64,000 nt of DNA from a virus: IMG/VR virus record IMGVR_UViG_3300028388_001496, positions 15,317 to 79,316 of that record. One strand, 5' to 3'. Under the pieces are notes generated by a model. It was not told where the DNA came from. It searched no databases and saw nothing but the letters and a program-made list of their open reading frames with translations. This document shows, piece by piece, positions 59,808-64,000 of the stretch. The translations under genes and the position numbers were made by a program. Every line of letters starts with the position of its first letter. Position 1 is the stretch's first letter.

Positions 59808-60851
59808 TTAAAGATTAGAGTCTGTTAGAGCATCAGATTCCTCTTCAACATTATGATCATACGGCACTATTTTTCCTGTATGTAGTTCATTTCTTAACCA
59901 TATAGAACCAATAGAACCGTGTCTAGCTTTGAGCTGTTGTAGATGAATAAGTCCAGCAGTAGGAATTTTCTTAGGGCCATACTGTGATATTTTTAAAAGT
60001 GCAGGTTGATGTATAGTTAGCACTGAATCACAAGCATTATATAATTGACCTTGAGCATAAATATCAGATTTGATAGGATAATGCATAGAAGATTTCATTA
60101 TACGATCAGTTGTTTCAATATTATTATTTAACTGACCGATAATAAATACCATCGCTCCAAATTCCTTTCTCAATCTAATAGCTATTTTCCCTAATCTAGC
60201 CATTAACTCTCTTTCGCTCTTTTCACCTAGTTTCTCAATAAGTAATGAGTGGTCAATATTAATAACCACCTTATACTTCTTTCCATTCTTAACTTCTTTA
60301 TTCTTATATACTTTATAATAGTGTGATACAGTATTATAAATCATATTAAGATTTCCAGCAGTTTCAAAAAATAAGATACTCTTACGCTTATAATAATTTA
60401 GAAAGTTATCTACTTTAAGTAATTCATCATCAGTTAGACGATTATAATTCTTAGTATTCCTATCATAATGACTACTAAGAATATAATTATAGTTAACACC
60501 CATATCATTAGCACAAGCTCTAATTATTTCTGTATGACTAGACATTTCAAAACAGAATTGAAATATCAATGGTATAAAATCTATCTCTCCATTTATAGAA
60601 TCAGGTTCTCTATAATCAAGAAAATCCTCAATAAATGTATTCATAAGATAAGACTTACCAGAACCAGATAATCCAGCTAACAAGTAAACATTGTTAAATC
60701 TAAACCATTTGCGTTGAGCAATATTTAGTTTAGGATACCTGGTTTTTAGACCATGTTGTTCTCCAGTTCTTTCTAACAGTATCTGTTGCCTAGCTTGTTG
60801 AACAGCTTGAGCAGGAGTAGTTACTGGTAGTACATTTAGTTGTTCTGTCAT
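59808..60851 (-). CDS. dnaB: DnaB-like replicative helicase
   Basis: AGLSGSGKS Walker A, FEM, IDH, QLN, P..SD, KARHG. Confidence 0.88.
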   Translation of the reverse strand: MTEQLNVLPVTTPAQAVQQARQQILLERTGEQHGLKTRYPKLNIAQRKWFRFNNVYLLAGLSGSGKSYLMNTFIEDFLDYREPDSINGEIDFIPLIFQFCFEMSSHTEIIRACANDMGVNYNYILSSHYDRNTKNYNRLTDDELLKVDNFLNYYKRKSILFFETAGNLNMIYNTVSHYYKVYKNKEVKNGKKYKVVINIDHSLLIEKLGEKSERELMARLGKIAIRLRKEFGAMVFIIGQLNNNIETTDRIMKSSMHYPIKSDIYAQGQLYNACDSVLTIHQPALLKISQYGPKKIPTAGLIHLQQLKARHGSIGSIWLRNELHTGKIVPYDHNVEEESDALTDSNL

Positions 60852-61405
60852 CAGAAATCAGTATCAAAGTTATTGTCCACCCTTATCTTTATATCGGCTA
60901 CTCGCAACTTACGAATAGCTTTCCAAAGCTCAGAGGTTAAGAATTTATTAATTCCAGTTTTAATTAAATTATGATCTATCGCATATTGTATATCTTTTTT
61001 AATTTCTTCATGTTCTCTTAGACTTCCATTAATTTTCTTAATGTAAATCTCTTTAAAGACCTTTCTATCCATCGCTATTAATGGTATATCAACACCATTA
61101 TTATTAATAAAAGGAGGATATAGGTCAAATATCTCATCAGTTGCTTTATGTATATCTACAAATGCACTGTAAAATCTTTCTCCTAACTTAAATCCACCAG
61201 TTTTAGTTTTAATTAAAAACCTTCTAGCAAATAAATCTTTTAGCAGATAATCAGAAATCATCTTACCATTGTCAGTAGGAAAAGCTTTCTTGTACTTCTT
61301 GATTAAATCAAGCCTATTCTCATATACCAGTTGTAATAATAAATATTGACTTTGAGTTAATTTATGTTCTATTAAGAACTCTACATACGTTTCAGTTAAT
61401 ATCAT
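60851..61405 (-). CDS. Putative replication initiator/helicase loader
   Basis: wHTH-like N-half, FDLYP motif; coupled upstream of DnaB. Confidence 0.4.
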   Translation of the reverse strand: MILTETYVEFLIEHKLTQSQYLLLQLVYENRLDLIKKYKKAFPTDNGKMISDYLLKDLFARRFLIKTKTGGFKLGERFYSAFVDIHKATDEIFDLYPPFINNNGVDIPLIAMDRKVFKEIYIKKINGSLREHEEIKKDIQYAIDHNLIKTGINKFLTSELWKAIRKLRVADIKIRVDNNFDTDF

Positions 61406-61406
61406 T

Positions 61407-62849
61407 TCATATTACATTGTTTGAGAACTCATTAACAGGAGCAGGATTAAATACTATTTCATCTATACTCTCTATCCAATGAATTGGGTTAGTACTTTTT
61501 GATTGTCTTCGTCTTAGCCAATCTTCATCTTTAGTATCTGGTACATAAAGATTAACAATTAGCTTTACTTTACCTTCATCCATTACATCAGCTACACGCT
61601 TAATACGTCCACCACGTTGTTTCTGTTGATTAAAGTTTTGTGTTCCTGAACCTATAATACCAATGAGAATATCTTTGACATTAAATCCAGTATCTAATGA
61701 AGAAGCAGTACATATTACTTTAATACGTCCGGCTTTTAGATCTTCAATAGCTTTCTTCTTTAATCTACCCTTACCAAATTTGATAAGTTTACCAGTCTTA
61801 GGACTAGGAAGCATTTGAGTAGGTACATTACTATGATAAGCAGCAGATAAACCAGGAAATTCTTGATTAACTAGAAGATTAACTTTATCAGCATAATTGG
61901 TTTTTTGACCAAATACGATGATTTTCTCTCCCTGGAACTTCTTAATAATATCTACTGTTACCAAAGTTTTATTCGTAGCGTTATACAGGAGATCTTTCCT
62001 TGTACGAATAGCTCTCATTAATAGCTTTGCATACCCCATTATCTTTTGAGGGTTCCAAAGGTCATTAACAAGAACATTATCAGGTCTGGACATATTCATT
62101 TTAGGACTCCATCCTTTTTTACTCGCCCAAGCATGACAGAATCCCATGTTGGTATATTCTTTTCCTTTAAATTTACCACCAGATAAACATTTAGTTGCAA
62201 GATCAAGTCCACCATTACCAAATTTAGCCATGTGTGTTCTAATGATCTTACTAGATTTCTCATAAATGTCTTGTTCCTCTTGAGTAAAATTAACAGAAAG
62301 ATTATATTCAATAAAAGGAGCTACAAATCCTCTTTCAATAGCTTCAGCTTCATCAATAACATCTACAACAGGAAATAAATCCTTATATAATGTATGACGT
62401 CCTTTAGGATCAACATAAGTAGCAGTTAGTCCTAATCTATTTTTAGATTTAAGATAAGTACCATCTATTACTTTAATGTATTCTTGTCCTAAAAAAAGAT
62501 GTAGTTCATCTACAACAAGAGTATCAGTTTGTGCATATATTTGTGAGTTAACCACATAACTAGCAGACATAACAGTAACTCGGTTGAGGTCTTTCTTAGT
62601 AAAATGGTTATTAAGTTCTATTTGCCATTGAAAAACAAGGGCATCAGTAGGCACACATACTATTACGTTGTGTAGGGGGTCTTGTCTAAAAAGACGTTTA
62701 ATGACTAATATAGCCGTAAATGTCTTACCAACGCCTGTACAATAATGAAATGTACCTACTTTATCCCTTGTCGCTCCATGAGAACTGGAAACAAACCATT
62801 TATCAACTCCAACCTGTTGTCGTTCTAGTCTTTTCTTATCTATCTTCAT
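61407..62849 (-). CDS. Superfamily 2 helicase
   Basis: TGVGKT, VPT, DELH, GLTAT, LDTGFNV, QRGGR. Confidence 0.92.
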   Translation of the reverse strand: MKIDKKRLERQQVGVDKWFVSSSHGATRDKVGTFHYCTGVGKTFTAILVIKRLFRQDPLHNVIVCVPTDALVFQWQIELNNHFTKKDLNRVTVMSASYVVNSQIYAQTDTLVVDELHLFLGQEYIKVIDGTYLKSKNRLGLTATYVDPKGRHTLYKDLFPVVDVIDEAEAIERGFVAPFIEYNLSVNFTQEEQDIYEKSSKIIRTHMAKFGNGGLDLATKCLSGGKFKGKEYTNMGFCHAWASKKGWSPKMNMSRPDNVLVNDLWNPQKIMGYAKLLMRAIRTRKDLLYNATNKTLVTVDIIKKFQGEKIIVFGQKTNYADKVNLLVNQEFPGLSAAYHSNVPTQMLPSPKTGKLIKFGKGRLKKKAIEDLKAGRIKVICTASSLDTGFNVKDILIGIIGSGTQNFNQQKQRGGRIKRVADVMDEGKVKLIVNLYVPDTKDEDWLRRRQSKSTNPIHWIESIDEIVFNPAPVNEFSNNVI

Positions 62850-63004
62850 CTTGTAGGATTAGATGTTGCTATAATATAACCAACGATAATTAATGCTGGT
62901 CCTACAATAATAGTAACAGGATCAGCACCAAAGTTGTTTAGAATAGTAACTAATCCAAATAGTATAAGAAGAATACCAAAATAAACTTTAACTCTAGGAT
63001 TCAT
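62846..63004 (-). CDS. 52-aa two-TM membrane protein (not in ORF track)
   Basis: MNPRVKVYFGILLILFGLVTILNNFGADPVTIIVGPALIIVGYIIATSNPTR; ATGA overlap with the helicase start. Confidence 0.7.
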   Translation of the reverse strand: MNPRVKVYFGILLILFGLVTILNNFGADPVTIIVGPALIIVGYIIATSNPTR

Positions 63005-63251
63005 CGTTAGCTAATTCAAAGTATTCAGCAAGATAAGGATTCTTAACTCCTGGCTTCTTTTCTAAATAAATAACAGCAGCAATAAGATTACCAAGACTAG
63101 CATAGTAACACTTTTTAACAGTATATACAATACCAATCATTTTGTTATGTGATCTGGATACATCATAATAATCTTGATGTAACTTAACTTTATCTCCCTC
63201 CTTAAAAGGAGTATCAGGTAAAGTTTCAACAGGGGTTTCTTGTTCACTCAT
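62994..63251 (-). CDS. Small SH3-like hypothetical protein
   Basis: FKEGDKVKL...G.VYTV pattern; start probably MSEQ. Confidence 0.55.
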   Translation of the reverse strand: MSEQETPVETLPDTPFKEGDKVKLHQDYYDVSRSHNKMIGIVYTVKKCYYASLGNLIAAVIYLEKKPGVKNPYLAEYFELANDES

Positions 63252-63255
63252 AGTT

Positions 63256-63723
63256 TTAGTGTTTGTTACCTCTACATACAGGTCCAATACCTAATTCAAT
63301 AGAATGAGCATCAGTTAGCTCTCTACCACATTTAAGGCATCTACCAGTATGATAGAGTTCAGCTTTGTCAAGTATATGATCAAAGTCACGGTTAATAAAA
63401 TGTTCTAATAGCCAATGAGCACCTTTAATAATAGGTTTATGTGTAAATCTATATCTAGAGTACTCTTCTACACTACCAATAGATGTTACATAACAACAAT
63501 TGGTAAAAGAATTATAATCATTCTCAAAACCTATAAGAATCTTATAATCAGTATAGAATTTTTTCTTCTCATCAGGAAAACCACTTATCTTATAGGTTAC
63601 ATCTTTACCTGATTTCTTAGACTTTACAACAATTTTAGCATTAACCTTTTCTTTATCTTCAATAAGATCTCTTAGTATCTGAAGACTTTCTTCTGTAAGC
63701 TGGGTCACGGTTAATAGATTCAA
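63256..63723 (-). CDS. DUF6011-like zinc-finger protein
   Basis: CLKCGRELTDAHSIELGIGPVC. Confidence 0.8.
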   Translation of the reverse strand: MNLLTVTQLTEESLQILRDLIEDKEKVNAKIVVKSKKSGKDVTYKISGFPDEKKKFYTDYKILIGFENDYNSFTNCCYVTSIGSVEEYSRYRFTHKPIIKGAHWLLEHFINRDFDHILDKAELYHTGRCLKCGRELTDAHSIELGIGPVCRGNKH

Positions 63724-64000
63724 TTATTTGTTTATAAATATCTGTATCAACTTCAATATAGTCATAAAATATAGTAACATTTTGATATTGCATAAAGTTA
63801 CCAATAGTTCTATTTCTTTGAAATTGTCTTGAGGTATTATTCAAAGTCCTAATAGCACTCCAATCACTTACAGTAGTTTCACTATAAGGAAGTGTAGTAA
63901 CAACACCACTAGGCATATCAGGATACCAAGCAGAATAGATAGGTTCACTAGGTACATACACACCTACTGTTTCTACCGGCCAGGTTTCAACTGTCCATGT
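63659..64000 (-). CDS. Hypothetical protein (5' partial)
   Basis: Frame open to the window edge. Confidence 0.5.
   Translation of the reverse strand, partial: TWTVETWPVETVGVYVPSEPIYSAWYPDMPSGVVTTLPYSETTVSDWSAIRTLNNTSRQFQRNRTIGNFMQYQNVTIFYDYIEVDTDIYKQIIESINRDPAYRRKSSDTKRSY

Larger units (their letters stand above)
1..64000. other. crAss-like (Crassvirales-type) phage genome segment
   Basis: Giant virion RNAP with GSDFDIDK, tail ring/IHF-like/muzzle/ejection gene order, opposed replication arm, dense AT-rich coding, no host housekeeping genes. Confidence 0.9.

Noticed and set aside
277-63612. Numerous 60-170 aa antisense or off-frame ORFs in the track
   Set aside because: They shadow long well-supported genes and have Ile/Ser/Phe-rich composition typical of reverse-frame artefacts
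1-64000. tRNA, rRNA, integrase, transposase, DNA polymerase, terminase/portal/major capsid genes
   Set aside because: None recognised; the core head and polymerase genes presumably lie outside the window

Overview
A 64-kb segment of a lytic crAss-like (Crassvirales-type) podophage, probably infecting a flavobacterial/Bacteroidota host. The host call rests on Bacteroidota-type TTG-N19-TAnnTTTG promoters, A-rich starts without Shine-Dalgarno sequences, and signal peptides with Gln at +1. The + strand (1-47281) is the late/virion arm: capsid-associated protein, Ig/LRR appendage proteins, six consecutive signal-peptide-bearing fibre/glycan-enzyme genes, lysis genes, tail ring and muzzle proteins, a long repeat fibre, two ejection proteins and a 4946-aa virion RNA polymerase protein (DFDID). 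The - strand (47392-64000) is the replication/early arm: MazG-like, GroES-like, UDG, amidoligase, rIIA, ligase, RusA-like, primase, SSB-like, RecT-like, DnaB, SF2 helicase. The arms converge on a bidirectional terminator. Four signals stand out. (1) An A-B-A-B-A-B cassette of Sec-exported tail-fibre/CBM adaptors and glycan enzymes sharing a C-terminal PI[LQ]G-basic tag suggests a receptor-binding/depolymerase apparatus folded outside the cytoplasm. (2) An Ig/cadherin-like domain lacks its last strand, and that strand (MAxVTIN) begins three downstream genes, suggesting donor-strand plug-in tips. (3) Three F[ET]EDF[AS]P motifs divide the RNAP protein at apparent domain borders and are candidate processing sites. 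(4) There are apparent deletion frameshifts in the long fibre and primase genes. All calls are from motif recognition by eye; no searches were run.
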